Assembly (NCBI GenBank): GCA_021734105.1
Contig: JAIPJP010000002.1
Location: 582-64,581 of the forward strand
Direction of reading: 5' to 3'
DNA: 64,000 bases
Origin: Candidatus Woesearchaeota archaeon
Lineage (GTDB): Archaea > Nanobdellota > Nanobdellia > Woesearchaeales > SKGA01
In this document: piece by piece, positions 54,161-63,544 of the stretch
Numbering within the stretch: the stretch's first letter is position 1
Layout: every line of letters begins with the position of its first letter
Notes under the pieces: model-generated
The model's input: only the letters and a program-made list of their open reading frames with translations
Database searches by the model: none
What the model was told of the DNA's origin: nothing
Made by a program: the position numbers and the translations under genes

Positions 54161-55156
54161 ATGCGCATAAAAGAAACCTGTGAAGATTTTCTTGTAGAAG
54201 AATTAATAGATACATCGCTTGTTAGTCAAGACTCTACTGCATATCATCTTTACAAACTTAAGAAAACAAACTATACAACCGAGCGAGCAGTACAACACAT
54301 CGCAAGAGCCCTACATCTTCCAAGAAAATTTATAGGTTATGCAGGGGCAAAAGATAAACGCGCAGTAACCACCCAATATATTACCACAAAAGGAGTGAAA
54401 AAAGATAACGTTTTAAGTCTTGAATTAAAAGATATTGCGCTAGAGTTTGTCGGATATGCAACTGAGCAACTCACCCTGGGAAAATTATCTGGCAATACAT
54501 TCACGATTAATGTACAAGAACCAGATTTTATTCCAGCAGTAATTCCTGAAACATTTGTTGTACCTAATTATTTTGACGAACAACGATTTTCAAGTAATAA
54601 TGCAGCAATAGGAAAAGCAATCTTAAAAAAAGAATTTAAAGCAGCAGCAGAACTCATCATTGGAAGCGATACTGATTATGGTAGTATACTTGTTCACTAT
54701 TTGCAAAACCACGAAAGTGATTATGTGGGTGCTATTCATAGACTCCCTAAAAAAATACTCCTTTTTTATGTGCACGCCGTGCAAAGTCTTTTGTTTAATG
54801 AATTACTTGCAAAAGAAATTAAAGACGGATTTAACGTACCCTATTCGCAAGGAATTTTTTTGTTCTCAAAAAACTTATTAGAGCCAACACCGCAAACACT
54901 TCCACTTATAGGTTATGATTCAGAATTAACAACAAAACAAGAAGAACTTCTTACTCTTCACGGCTTGGATAGACGAAATTTCATTGTTAAACAATTTCCA
55001 GAACTAACATTGGCAGGTGATAGTCGAGCAACAACAATACAGGTCACTTATTGTAAAGTATTACAACAAGAAAAACAACATATAACTATTGCGTTTACGC
55101 TGCCGAAAGGAGCCTACGCAACAATAGTACTTAAACAGCTTTTTGCCAGTCGATAA
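54161..55156 (+). CDS. truD: tRNA pseudouridine(13) synthase TruD (archaeal)
   Basis: TruD catalytic block YAGAKDKRAVTTQYIT (GxKDxxAxTxQ). N-terminal MRIKETCEDFLVEE. Size 331 aa. Confidence 0.75.
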   Translation: MRIKETCEDFLVEELIDTSLVSQDSTAYHLYKLKKTNYTTERAVQHIARALHLPRKFIGYAGAKDKRAVTTQYITTKGVKKDNVLSLELKDIALEFVGYATEQLTLGKLSGNTFTINVQEPDFIPAVIPETFVVPNYFDEQRFSSNNAAIGKAILKKEFKAAAELIIGSDTDYGSILVHYLQNHESDYVGAIHRLPKKILLFYVHAVQSLLFNELLAKEIKDGFNVPYSQGIFLFSKNLLEPTPQTLPLIGYDSELTTKQEELLTLHGLDRRNFIVKQFPELTLAGDSRATTIQVTYCKVLQQEKQHITIAFTLPKGAYATIVLKQLFASR

Positions 55157-55781
55157 TTTTTTGTAAGATATCCTCAGATTCAGTTCTAACATCGAAGTCG
55201 CCAGGAATATCTAAAACAGGAATTTCTTTTTCTCTTAAAAAAGTAAGCACGGGACTTGTTTTTTCTTCGTAAATAGCAAGTCTTTCTTTGAGCACTTCAG
55301 GAGTATCATCTTTTCGCTGAATGAGTTTTTTACCATCAATATCACATATACCTTCTACCTTTGGTGGTTTTGTTTTAAGGTTATATGTTGCGCCGCACGC
55401 ACACACCCTCCTATTAGATAAACGCTCAATAATCTTTTCATTATCAATGACAACGTGAATAATTCCTGTGAGATTTGTAATTTTAAGTAAAGCTTCAGTC
55501 TGATATAAAGTTCTAGGGTAGCCATCAAGAAGAAAAGAAGTTTTATCTCCTAATTGTTTGAGTTTATGGCTGATTACTTCAATAGTTAAGCTATCGGGAA
55601 CGAATTTTCCTGCTTGCATGAGCGGATTAATTTCTTCTCCAAACTTTTTTTGAACATCCTTGTCATATCTAAGTAAATCCCCCATGGAAAGATGGGTGAT
55701 GTGAACACCTTTAATAAGTAATTCTGAAACAGTACCCTTTCCCGCTCCAGGAGCGCCCATGATTAATAATTTCATTGTCAT
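55131..55781 (-). CDS. adk: Adenylate kinase (long form with zinc-binding lid)
   Basis: P-loop IMGAPGAGKGT, AMP-binding GDLLR, and Cys4 lid CACGATYN...CDIDGKKL. Its 3' end overlaps the truD 3' end by ~26 nt (convergent). Confidence 0.9.
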   Translation of the reverse strand: MTMKLLIMGAPGAGKGTVSELLIKGVHITHLSMGDLLRYDKDVQKKFGEEINPLMQAGKFVPDSLTIEVISHKLKQLGDKTSFLLDGYPRTLYQTEALLKITNLTGIIHVVIDNEKIIERLSNRRVCACGATYNLKTKPPKVEGICDIDGKKLIQRKDDTPEVLKERLAIYEEKTSPVLTFLREKEIPVLDIPGDFDVRTESEDILQKIIDWQKAV

Positions 55782-56013
55782 AGTACCTATTAAAGAAGGA
55801 AGTGTTTTTAAGTTTTACCTTAAATAGATTTCAATCAATCAACATTCTGCAAAGGGTTATTTTTTGAGAAGACGCCTTGTTTTTATTACTTGAACTAATA
55901 ATTGTCTGATGTTGTTATTCCTAGAGTTTTTCTCTGAGCGCCAAAAATTTTCGCTTTTTTAACGAATATGTTTAACTTAAAAATATTTAAGGTATTATTG
56001 TTGGTTGTCACAT

Positions 56014-59000
56014 TTATTTTTTTGCGAAGAATTTTTGAATTTGTTCTTGATAATGATTTACTGATACTTTCATCTTCCACGTCTTTGGAAAGCAGCGATA
56101 ATACTGAGGCCATGTGAAACGTTCATCAAGAAACACAATAACGCCCCTGTCTGTTTCGCTTCTAATACAGCGCCCAGCACTTTGAATAATTTTGTTAAAG
56201 GCTGGAAACACATAGCCGTAATCCCAGCCTTTACTGAATTTTTTATCATAATACTCAATTAATGCTTTAGTTTCAAGGTCAGGTCTGCCTAAAGGAAGAC
56301 CCACAACGACAACACCTTTAAGCTCCTCGCCTGGAAGATCAATACCTTCACTAAAACTACCTCCCACAACAGCTAAAAGACACGCGCCGGTGAGTTGTTG
56401 GCGACGAAACGAGAGAATAACTTCCTCTTTTTCTTGCTTACTCATATCTTGATACTCATGCAGCATCGCTTTTTCTACTTTAGAAAGATAGGTATCAATA
56501 GCATCTTTCATTTGGTAACTAGGGAAAAAAACAGCTATATTACCAGGCACTTCATTAATAACACTAGTAAGGATTTTTGCTATTTCCTGATATTGCCCCT
56601 CATTTCTTGTTGTGTATTTAGTGCTTGTTTTTGCAATAATAAGATTAAGACTGTTTTTTTCAGGAAAAGGAGACGGATAGGTTTCCTCTACAGTTCCTGG
56701 AGGAAAACCCAAAAGCTCACTATACATTTTTGTTGGTGTGAGCGTTCCACTCATCAAAATAGTGCTACTAGCCTTTAACACAACTTCTTTAGCAATAATA
56801 CTTGGATCAAGACAACGATAACTCAGCGTAATATTTTCTTGATTATACGCTCGTTTCTTACTAATAATGCGAGTAAAACCATCATCTTTACCTATCCAAC
56901 TATCAAGAAAATCAGCAACAGCTCCAAGAGAGGATAATTTTTGTTCTTCGCGAATGTTATCGGCAATTTTGTACAATTCTTCAGTTAAAGGAATAAGAGA
57001 AGTTATTTTTTCTGCTTGGAGTGTGAATGTTTCTTGAGAAACAAATTTTTCATCATCACTACCTTTCATAAGATCACGCAATAATTTTGCAAATTGACCC
57101 ATCACATGTTCAATAGCTAGATGTCCAAATTTTTTAGCTTCACTTGCAGCGCGCTTGAGTAAAACAAGCGAGAGATTCGCAGTTGCTAAATCTTTAATAC
57201 GATTAGGTAAATTATGTGCTTCATCAACAATAATAATGGCGTTTTCTAATTCTTTTTTATTCTTTTTAAGAAATGTTTCTCGAATGCGAGGATGAAAAAG
57301 ATAATAATAATCAGCAATAATAACGTGCGCCTTTGCAGCCATAAGAAGCGCGATTTCATAAGGACAAACTTTATACTCTTTACCTGTTTTCATGGTTTCT
57401 TCAACAACACTAGGACCCATTTGCTCCATTTCAGCAAGTGCGAGTCGAGCGTTAGGCGTTAATTGTTCTCCTCGTTTTAAGTTTTCATAAAACTCGCAGC
57501 GTTTATCTTCTCGAAGTGTACGACAATACTCATTAAACTCGCCAGTTGGCAAAGTCGTTACCCCTGGTTGCAAACACATCCATTTTTTACCAACGATATC
57601 TGCTCCCGAAAGCTCGATATTATGTCGTTTTCTTATTGCTTGCAAAGTTTCAATAGCAATTTTATGTTGCGTATTTTTAGAAGTGAGAAAAAAGATTGTT
57701 TTGCCTTTGTCAAGTGCTTGCGAAAGAACTGGCGCGATACTTGCAGCAGTATTATGGAGGATGATGCCATTTCCAATAAAGTTTTTAGTTAGGGGGATTG
57801 AGGCATCATAAACGAAATCTTTCTTGGTTTTTTTTATTTTAACTATTTTATCCCAAAAAATATTTGAATTCGCAAGTTCTTTTAATTTATTAAACGATTC
57901 GCTTGTTTTATCTGTTTTTTTCTTAAAATAGCGCACTGTTTTTTTGAGTCCTTCCTTTGACGGATTTCTTTGATTGTATAAATAACTTTCAATAATTCGA
58001 TATTCTTTTTCTCTTGAATAAGGTATTTGTAGCTCTTCTTTACACTTTTTGATTAGTGAATTAATTTCAGGGATTATGTTAATATTGGTGTTATTTTCTT
58101 TTTTAATTAATTCGTTTAATCGTTCTTGTTTATATTTGATTCTAAGCTTTATTTGTGCATGAAATTTCTTATTATTCTCCGTATCGCAAGTATAAATTCT
58201 GAAATACTTTTTATTTTTAACATATTTTTCTTTAATAATTGGATAAATATCTAAAGCTAGGAGTGCATGAAGAAGACTGTTTTTCAAATTCTCACTTTTT
58301 GTACATAATTCAATAGTTGTATTGTCAAAAATAGATCCGTTTGTATCGTAAATTCCAGCAATTACTTCTTTTAATAATTCCTTGTTTTTAAAAAATATGT
58401 TTGGAATTGAAACTTTGCTTGTTTTATTTGAAGTTGGAAAACCAAGACTAAATAGTAAACTTATTAATGGTTTATTTTCAAAATAATAATCTATATCCGA
58501 ACCTGTTTTTTTTCTTATATTTGATTTTGTTTCTTTGGCTATTTCTTTGAATGTTGATAAAATTTCTTTGTCTTTTGTACTTAAGTTTATTGCCTTACGT
58601 TTTCCAGAATCAATGAATCCATCACCAATTATTAATCCGACAAAATAGGCAAATTTTTTATCGATATGGGGAATTATTCTGTGATTGATTCCCATTCTTC
58701 CAATTTCTTCAACTCTGAAATATTTAGGATGGATATTTATTAAATGAATTATTTTTCTGATGTCTTTAATCTGTATGACTTGTTGTTTGGCTATTTTCTT
58801 TATTTTATCTTGTGAGATCCCAGAACTTTTTGATATATCTTTAAACGTTAAATTATTTTGTTGTTTGAATTTTAAAAGCTCCCCACTAATAAGGGGTTTT
58901 GTTTTTATGGTGGTTTTATCTAAATAATTATTTTTTAATTTTAGATATTGATCTAGTTTTATGTCGATCTTATCTTCTAGTATGTTTAGTTTGGATGGTG

Positions 59001-59406
59001 ATGCAATGTATCCTTCTTCTTTAAGATCTTTTAACTTGATCCATTCTGTTTTTCCATTTTTAATTGAGAAAAATTTATGATCGTCAGTAACTTCTATTTC
59101 CCTACCTGTTTTTGTAGTTAATTTATACAGTTGACTCTTTTTTTTCTTTATTATTTGTCCTTGCTTTACTTGTATTTTGAGGTTTTTATCAAGGCTATTG
59201 GTTTTAATCTGTTTTAAGTATATATCTTCTATTTTTTCAAGACCGTCTTGAGTTAAAATTAAAGTATCTTTGCCAACGCATTTACCAAGACCAGTTGGTG
59301 CATGGATGACTATGTTATTTTTGTTTTCTACTTCCTTTGCAATGAGTTGTACCATATCTTTTTGAATAGGTCGAGCAGACTCGTGAGGAAAAAGAATTGT
59401 AGACAT
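56014..59406 (-). CDS. XPD/Rad3-family (DinG-like) ATP-dependent DNA helicase precursor containing a ~510-aa intein inserted in the Walker A P-loop
   Basis: Extein reads ...HAPTGLGK|TAASIAPVLS... across the intein. Downstream are the 4Fe-4S-type Cys region, DEAH box (IIVDEAHNL), and helicase motifs III–VI (…SGTLTP…, VVGGSFSEGIDLPG, QSAGRCIRSETDRGVIVFLDERF). Extein is about 620 aa. Confidence 0.9.
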   Translation of the reverse strand: MSTILFPHESARPIQKDMVQLIAKEVENKNNIVIHAPTGLGKCVGKDTLILTQDGLEKIEDIYLKQIKTNSLDKNLKIQVKQGQIIKKKKSQLYKLTTKTGREIEVTDDHKFFSIKNGKTEWIKLKDLKEEGYIASPSKLNILEDKIDIKLDQYLKLKNNYLDKTTIKTKPLISGELLKFKQQNNLTFKDISKSSGISQDKIKKIAKQQVIQIKDIRKIIHLINIHPKYFRVEEIGRMGINHRIIPHIDKKFAYFVGLIIGDGFIDSGKRKAINLSTKDKEILSTFKEIAKETKSNIRKKTGSDIDYYFENKPLISLLFSLGFPTSNKTSKVSIPNIFFKNKELLKEVIAGIYDTNGSIFDNTTIELCTKSENLKNSLLHALLALDIYPIIKEKYVKNKKYFRIYTCDTENNKKFHAQIKLRIKYKQERLNELIKKENNTNINIIPEINSLIKKCKEELQIPYSREKEYRIIESYLYNQRNPSKEGLKKTVRYFKKKTDKTSESFNKLKELANSNIFWDKIVKIKKTKKDFVYDASIPLTKNFIGNGIILHNTAASIAPVLSQALDKGKTIFFLTSKNTQHKIAIETLQAIRKRHNIELSGADIVGKKWMCLQPGVTTLPTGEFNEYCRTLREDKRCEFYENLKRGEQLTPNARLALAEMEQMGPSVVEETMKTGKEYKVCPYEIALLMAAKAHVIIADYYYLFHPRIRETFLKKNKKELENAIIIVDEAHNLPNRIKDLATANLSLVLLKRAASEAKKFGHLAIEHVMGQFAKLLRDLMKGSDDEKFVSQETFTLQAEKITSLIPLTEELYKIADNIREEQKLSSLGAVADFLDSWIGKDDGFTRIISKKRAYNQENITLSYRCLDPSIIAKEVVLKASSTILMSGTLTPTKMYSELLGFPPGTVEETYPSPFPEKNSLNLIIAKTSTKYTTRNEGQYQEIAKILTSVINEVPGNIAVFFPSYQMKDAIDTYLSKVEKAMLHEYQDMSKQEKEEVILSFRRQQLTGACLLAVVGGSFSEGIDLPGEELKGVVVVGLPLGRPDLETKALIEYYDKKFSKGWDYGYVFPAFNKIIQSAGRCIRSETDRGVIVFLDERFTWPQYYRCFPKTWKMKVSVNHYQEQIQKFFAKK
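57751..59280 (-). mobile_element. Intein with LAGLIDADG homing-endonuclease domain (about 510 aa) within the XPD helicase gene
   Basis: Begins CVGKDTLILTQDG (Cys1, block A) directly after GLGK. Ends ...FIGNGIILHN followed by extein Thr+1. Two LAGLIDADG motifs: FVGLIIGDGFID and LKEVIAGIYDTNGSI. Coordinates derived from residue positions 43–552 of the track ORF. Confidence 0.8.
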
Positions 59407-59458
59407 AGAAAGGAGTGTATTGCGTTTGCTTAAAAAGGTTATGCGTGCTTGAGCAGTG

Positions 59459-60211
59459 CTATTTTTGATTTTTAGACGATTTTTCTAACGATTCTTTATA
59501 TTTATCATGACGCTGTTTAATTTTATCTTTTATACTCTTAAGCCAAACAACACTCTTACTGGATGTATCTTTAGCTTGCTCTTTTGCTTTTTGTCGATAA
59601 GTATTCAGTTTAAGAGAATAATCTTTATGGATGAGGACTTTATCACCTTTATTATTGCCCCACGTATCAAAATACATGCCCATTGCAATACCAAGCTCAT
59701 CTTTAGGCTGTGCATGCTCCGCAGGATAACCAATAGTAATAATACTTTCTACACGACCATTACCCGTGACACCAAAGAGCTTATCAACCTGTTCTTGGTC
59801 AAATCCCCCTATCCAACACGCACCCAAACCTAATGCATGCGCAGCTAGAAGAATGTTTTGCGTGGCAGCAGCAGCATTTTGTGTTGCAAAAACGTGACGA
59901 CCACGCTCACCAAACCACTTGGCTTGCTCTTTTGGTTGCGAACAAACGACAATAATTGCTGGAGCAGATGTTATCCACATTTGATCCATACACAGGTCAG
60001 GAAGCTGGTAAATAATATTTTTATTAGTTGAAATAATGAACCGATAATCTTGCAAATTACCTGCTGTTGGGGCTTTCATACCCATTTCCACTAACAAACC
60101 TAATTCAGTTTGATCAATAGGTGTAGCGCGATACATACGAATAGAACGTCGACTTTCTAGCACGTCAAAAAAATCAGTTTTCATTGTAATTTCATCCCAC
60201 ACATATGACAA
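59459..60211 (-). CDS. Nitroreductase-family (FMN-dependent NAD(P)H oxidoreductase) protein with a Lys-rich C-terminal extension
   Basis: FDVLESRRSIRMYRATPID N-terminal signature. Conserved Gly-rich and dimer-interface blocks (LLAAHALGLGACWIGGFD). Probable start at the MKTDFF Met. Confidence 0.75.
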   Translation of the reverse strand: MSYVWDEITMKTDFFDVLESRRSIRMYRATPIDQTELGLLVEMGMKAPTAGNLQDYRFIISTNKNIIYQLPDLCMDQMWITSAPAIIVVCSQPKEQAKWFGERGRHVFATQNAAAATQNILLAAHALGLGACWIGGFDQEQVDKLFGVTGNGRVESIITIGYPAEHAQPKDELGIAMGMYFDTWGNNKGDKVLIHKDYSLKLNTYRQKAKEQAKDTSSKSVVWLKSIKDKIKQRHDKYKESLEKSSKNQK

Positions 60212-60510
60212 TAATGTGATGTGTTATAATTTTTTGCTTTGCACCTAGGACATAAGATGATACGGGGAGTAGGCAGGGGCATCCCTGCAATTTTTTGGGC
60301 AATTTTTTCTTCAGTTATATGACCTTTATTTTTCCACCATGCAATAATAATTTTAAGCACGCCAAATGCAGCGATTGCAATACCGATGTACATAAATACT
60401 TTCATAGCTGGGCTGTTGTTGAGCCGTTCATTAATAAATGATGCATATGCTGCAATCATACCGCCCAACGCGATGAGAAGCCACGATGGCACGCCTTTTT
60501 TTCTTCTCAT
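60181..60510 (-). CDS. Small membrane protein (2 TM helices) with C-terminal zinc ribbon (CPRCKAKNYNTSHYCHMCG)
   Basis: Hydrophobic N-terminal half. Cys-x2-Cys...Cys-x2-Cys at the C-terminus. Confidence 0.45.
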   Translation of the reverse strand: MRRKKGVPSWLLIALGGMIAAYASFINERLNNSPAMKVFMYIGIAIAAFGVLKIIIAWWKNKGHITEEKIAQKIAGMPLPTPRIILCPRCKAKNYNTSHYCHMCGMKLQ

Positions 60511-60898
60511 ACATATAATCCTCTTTTTAAATACATCTGAGGCTTTATTCCTTTTAAATATTGCGAAAACAAGGCGTTGTCCAGAATAATTTGGTATATT
60601 GTCTTGAAGATTTTTTAGACAAACAAATTTTACGCTTTAAAAGTGTAAAATGGTGTTGGGTTATGCTTAAAAAGAACATGATGGCATGAGCATTACTTCT
60701 ATTGTGAGTTCATTTCTTGATAAGTTCTTTTAAGTAGAGTGAGAATAATTCTTCGCAGTAGATACATTAATTTCTTTCAAAAATAGAACCGAAAATAATG
60801 GTGTGTTGCGAAAATAACTTTTTTTAAGCTTCTTTTTAAGCGACCTCATAAACTTTAAATAGATGTACATCTAAAAATAAGGCAAACGAGGATGTCTT

Positions 60899-61276
60899 AT
60901 GATGGATTTACAATTAACTTGCTCAAAATGTGGTGTAGTATTAACTGCGGATAACACGCGAGCACTTCCTGAAGGAAAGGGCTTTGTATGCAAAGATTGT
61001 TATGATGTTGGAAGTCCGCGACTCACTAGAACAGGATTTGCAGATGTCTCTGAGCGAAAACAACCCTTACGAGAAAATACGCTCTCTTCTGAACCCTCAA
61101 GAGAAGTATTAGGAAGCGCAGATTCATTTTTTGATCTTAAAGAATATATTTGTCATGAATGTGGCTATTCTTTTAAGAAAAATCCTGAATTTCCTGTGCA
61201 CGTTTGTCCCTACTGCGGAAAGCGTGGAACGGTTGCACAAAAAATAGATAATGCAGCAGGAGAATTTGTTGAATAA
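60899..61276 (+). CDS. Double zinc-ribbon protein (125 aa)
   Basis: CSKCG...CKDC and CHECG...CPYCG Cys4 pairs. Confidence 0.45.
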   Translation: MMDLQLTCSKCGVVLTADNTRALPEGKGFVCKDCYDVGSPRLTRTGFADVSERKQPLRENTLSSEPSREVLGSADSFFDLKEYICHECGYSFKKNPEFPVHVCPYCGKRGTVAQKIDNAAGEFVE

Positions 61277-61286
61277 ATCTTACGTC

Positions 61287-63386
61287 TTATTTTCTTACGA
61301 TTATTCTTTTTACACTTTTTATTACAAAAATCATTGTTGCTATACATAACGAGAGAATGATAAATGTTATGAGCATAACAAGAAATCGTTGGAGCTGCGG
61401 TCTTGTTTTACCAACAAGTTTCTCACCAAGGGCTGTTCCAATTTTATTTACTTGAATAGAAAATCTATTTATACAACCAATAATTTTCTGACCGAATGTA
61501 TCTGCAACCATGGTCGTGTATATCACTTCTTCTTGAGTAATAATTTTTCCCTCATTATCAGTAAACATAGCGCTTGCCACGAATGTATTTTTACCTAGCG
61601 CTAATGTTTGCCCTTCAATAATCACTTCAAACGCTTTACTTTCACTAAACGTAGTAAAATCCCACGATTCAGCAATAAGACCATTAGTTAAGAGGATGTG
61701 CACATCTGTAGGGTGAGATAAAGATGTTTTATTAACAAAGAGTTTAATGCGCGTTTGCTCATCAAAATGAACTACATTAGGCATATGTGCTTGAGTAATT
61801 TCTAGATGAGGTGTATCGCTCACTTTATACGTTACAAACGTCTGATATTCTTTATCTGCAGATTCTACAACAACCGTATGAACACCCAACATAGACGTAT
61901 CGGGAGTAATTGTTATTGCATCACTCTTGCTTTGCAAAACTTGACAATTATCTTCTAAACAAAGAGAAATAGGAAACTCATCTTTACTAAAAGAACAGGT
62001 GATTAGTAAAGTATTACCGAACAAAATATTATTTTTTCCTTCGCAATTAATTACCACTTCTTTTTCTTCACTTAAAACCAAAAATTGTTCCATATATAAT
62101 TTACTATATTTTTCTCCACTTTGCTCTACTTTAAAAAAAGTTTCCACGTTTTCTTTTTGAGAAGTAAATGCTGTTAGTGGAAATGTGTATACAAAATCAT
62201 TTGTTAAACTATCATCAACTTTAACCAACCAAAATAATTTCTTCTCTTCAAAAGGCTTAAGCAATACTCTTTGTTGTAATTCATCAAAAAAAGTTAATCC
62301 TTCTGTTTTAGCAAGATTAATTTCCTCAACAACATAAAAATCCTGATTGTTCTTAATAGTTGCACTAACAAGATTATATGATTCAAAACCAATAAGAGGT
62401 TCTTGCGGAGTAATTGAGACGCTGGTTAATGGCTTTATGCTATCGCCAGTACGCACGATATCTGTTTTAAATGTTAATTCAGAAGGTTTAAAATCAAATC
62501 CTTGTCCACGCGTTGCATATTTTACTGAAGGGTAACTTCCATCAACACGTTTAGCAAGTTCAATATGCGTGGCGTCAACAAAACCATACTGTTCATAGGT
62601 TACATCAAACGGCACCCAACCAACGTCTGGAAAATATATTTCAGCCCAACCATGATTACCCCATTTTGTTTCGATAAGATCGCTATACGCGATACCTGAG
62701 ACAAACCGAGCAGGAACACCAACAGCACGATTAAAAGAAATAAATAAATTAGTTATTTCATCACATACACCATAACGATTTTCATACACCCAACTAGAAG
62801 GTTGATTAACATCGCTGGTAATGGTGGAAAGATTATATGAAATTTCTTTATTCACCCACTGAGCAAATGCAAACTCGAGTTCATATAAATCATCAACACC
62901 GTTAGCAAGCAAAAAAGCAGTATGCTCAATTTCATCATTACTATCAATATACTCCGTTGTATCAAGATATTTTTGAATGCTAACCGGTACCTGTTTTATA
63001 GGGAAAGGAATTTTTTCTTTGACGTGTATCCTTGTAGCATTTGTTTGTATATTTGCACTTGAGCTTATGTCAACACGCAACTCTTGAGGATTTTCCCAAT
63101 GAAAAAGTATATTATTATCTGTAATCTCTTTAGGCTTTGGAATAAACTCTTGATTAAGCACTGTTTGTCGAGGCGATTCTTGAGGAATTAATTCAAGCTC
63201 AATAGTAATATAATTAACATCATATGTACTTGTATCTGGAATAATAGTAAGCTCGTTGGTAATTGTTTGATTTAGTATTAATGAATCATAATAATAGATG
63301 TCATTAGCCAAACTAAACGGTATGAGCACAAGAATACTTATTATAAGTAGCATAATTGCTTGTAGAACGCGCTCACGTTTTTTCAT
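61287..63386 (-). CDS. Transglutaminase-like domain membrane protein (N-terminal signal anchor, large ectodomain with TGase core, C-terminal TM helix). Track ORF extends to 63500, but the Met at ~63386 (MKKRERVLQAIMLLIISILVL) is the likely start.
   Basis: Cys-His-Asp triad context: YGVCDEITNLFISFNRAVGVPARFVSGIAY, GNHGWAEIYFPDVGWVPFDVT. C-terminal TM FLVMLITFIILSLCIATMIFVI. Confidence 0.7.
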   Translation of the reverse strand: MKKRERVLQAIMLLIISILVLIPFSLANDIYYYDSLILNQTITNELTIIPDTSTYDVNYITIELELIPQESPRQTVLNQEFIPKPKEITDNNILFHWENPQELRVDISSSANIQTNATRIHVKEKIPFPIKQVPVSIQKYLDTTEYIDSNDEIEHTAFLLANGVDDLYELEFAFAQWVNKEISYNLSTITSDVNQPSSWVYENRYGVCDEITNLFISFNRAVGVPARFVSGIAYSDLIETKWGNHGWAEIYFPDVGWVPFDVTYEQYGFVDATHIELAKRVDGSYPSVKYATRGQGFDFKPSELTFKTDIVRTGDSIKPLTSVSITPQEPLIGFESYNLVSATIKNNQDFYVVEEINLAKTEGLTFFDELQQRVLLKPFEEKKLFWLVKVDDSLTNDFVYTFPLTAFTSQKENVETFFKVEQSGEKYSKLYMEQFLVLSEEKEVVINCEGKNNILFGNTLLITCSFSKDEFPISLCLEDNCQVLQSKSDAITITPDTSMLGVHTVVVESADKEYQTFVTYKVSDTPHLEITQAHMPNVVHFDEQTRIKLFVNKTSLSHPTDVHILLTNGLIAESWDFTTFSESKAFEVIIEGQTLALGKNTFVASAMFTDNEGKIITQEEVIYTTMVADTFGQKIIGCINRFSIQVNKIGTALGEKLVGKTRPQLQRFLVMLITFIILSLCIATMIFVIKSVKRIIVRK

Positions 63387-63544
63387 ACACTCTTTATAAC
63401 AAGGCGTATTTATATACTTTACTTCAAAGAGTCTAGTGCTACTAAGAACTATATTAAAAAAATGTACTGAAAATTTTTTCTTTGGAGCGTACTTTCTCAC
63501 TCTTTAAGGCGCGAGCATGATGTTTGCAAAGATTTTTATTATTT

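Noticed and set aside
55131-55156. Sequencing or assembly error suggested by the 26-nt convergent overlap of truD and adk 3' ends
   Set aside because: Both ORFs reach full family-typical length with conserved C-terminal regions. Convergent overlaps of this size are common in compact archaeal genomes.
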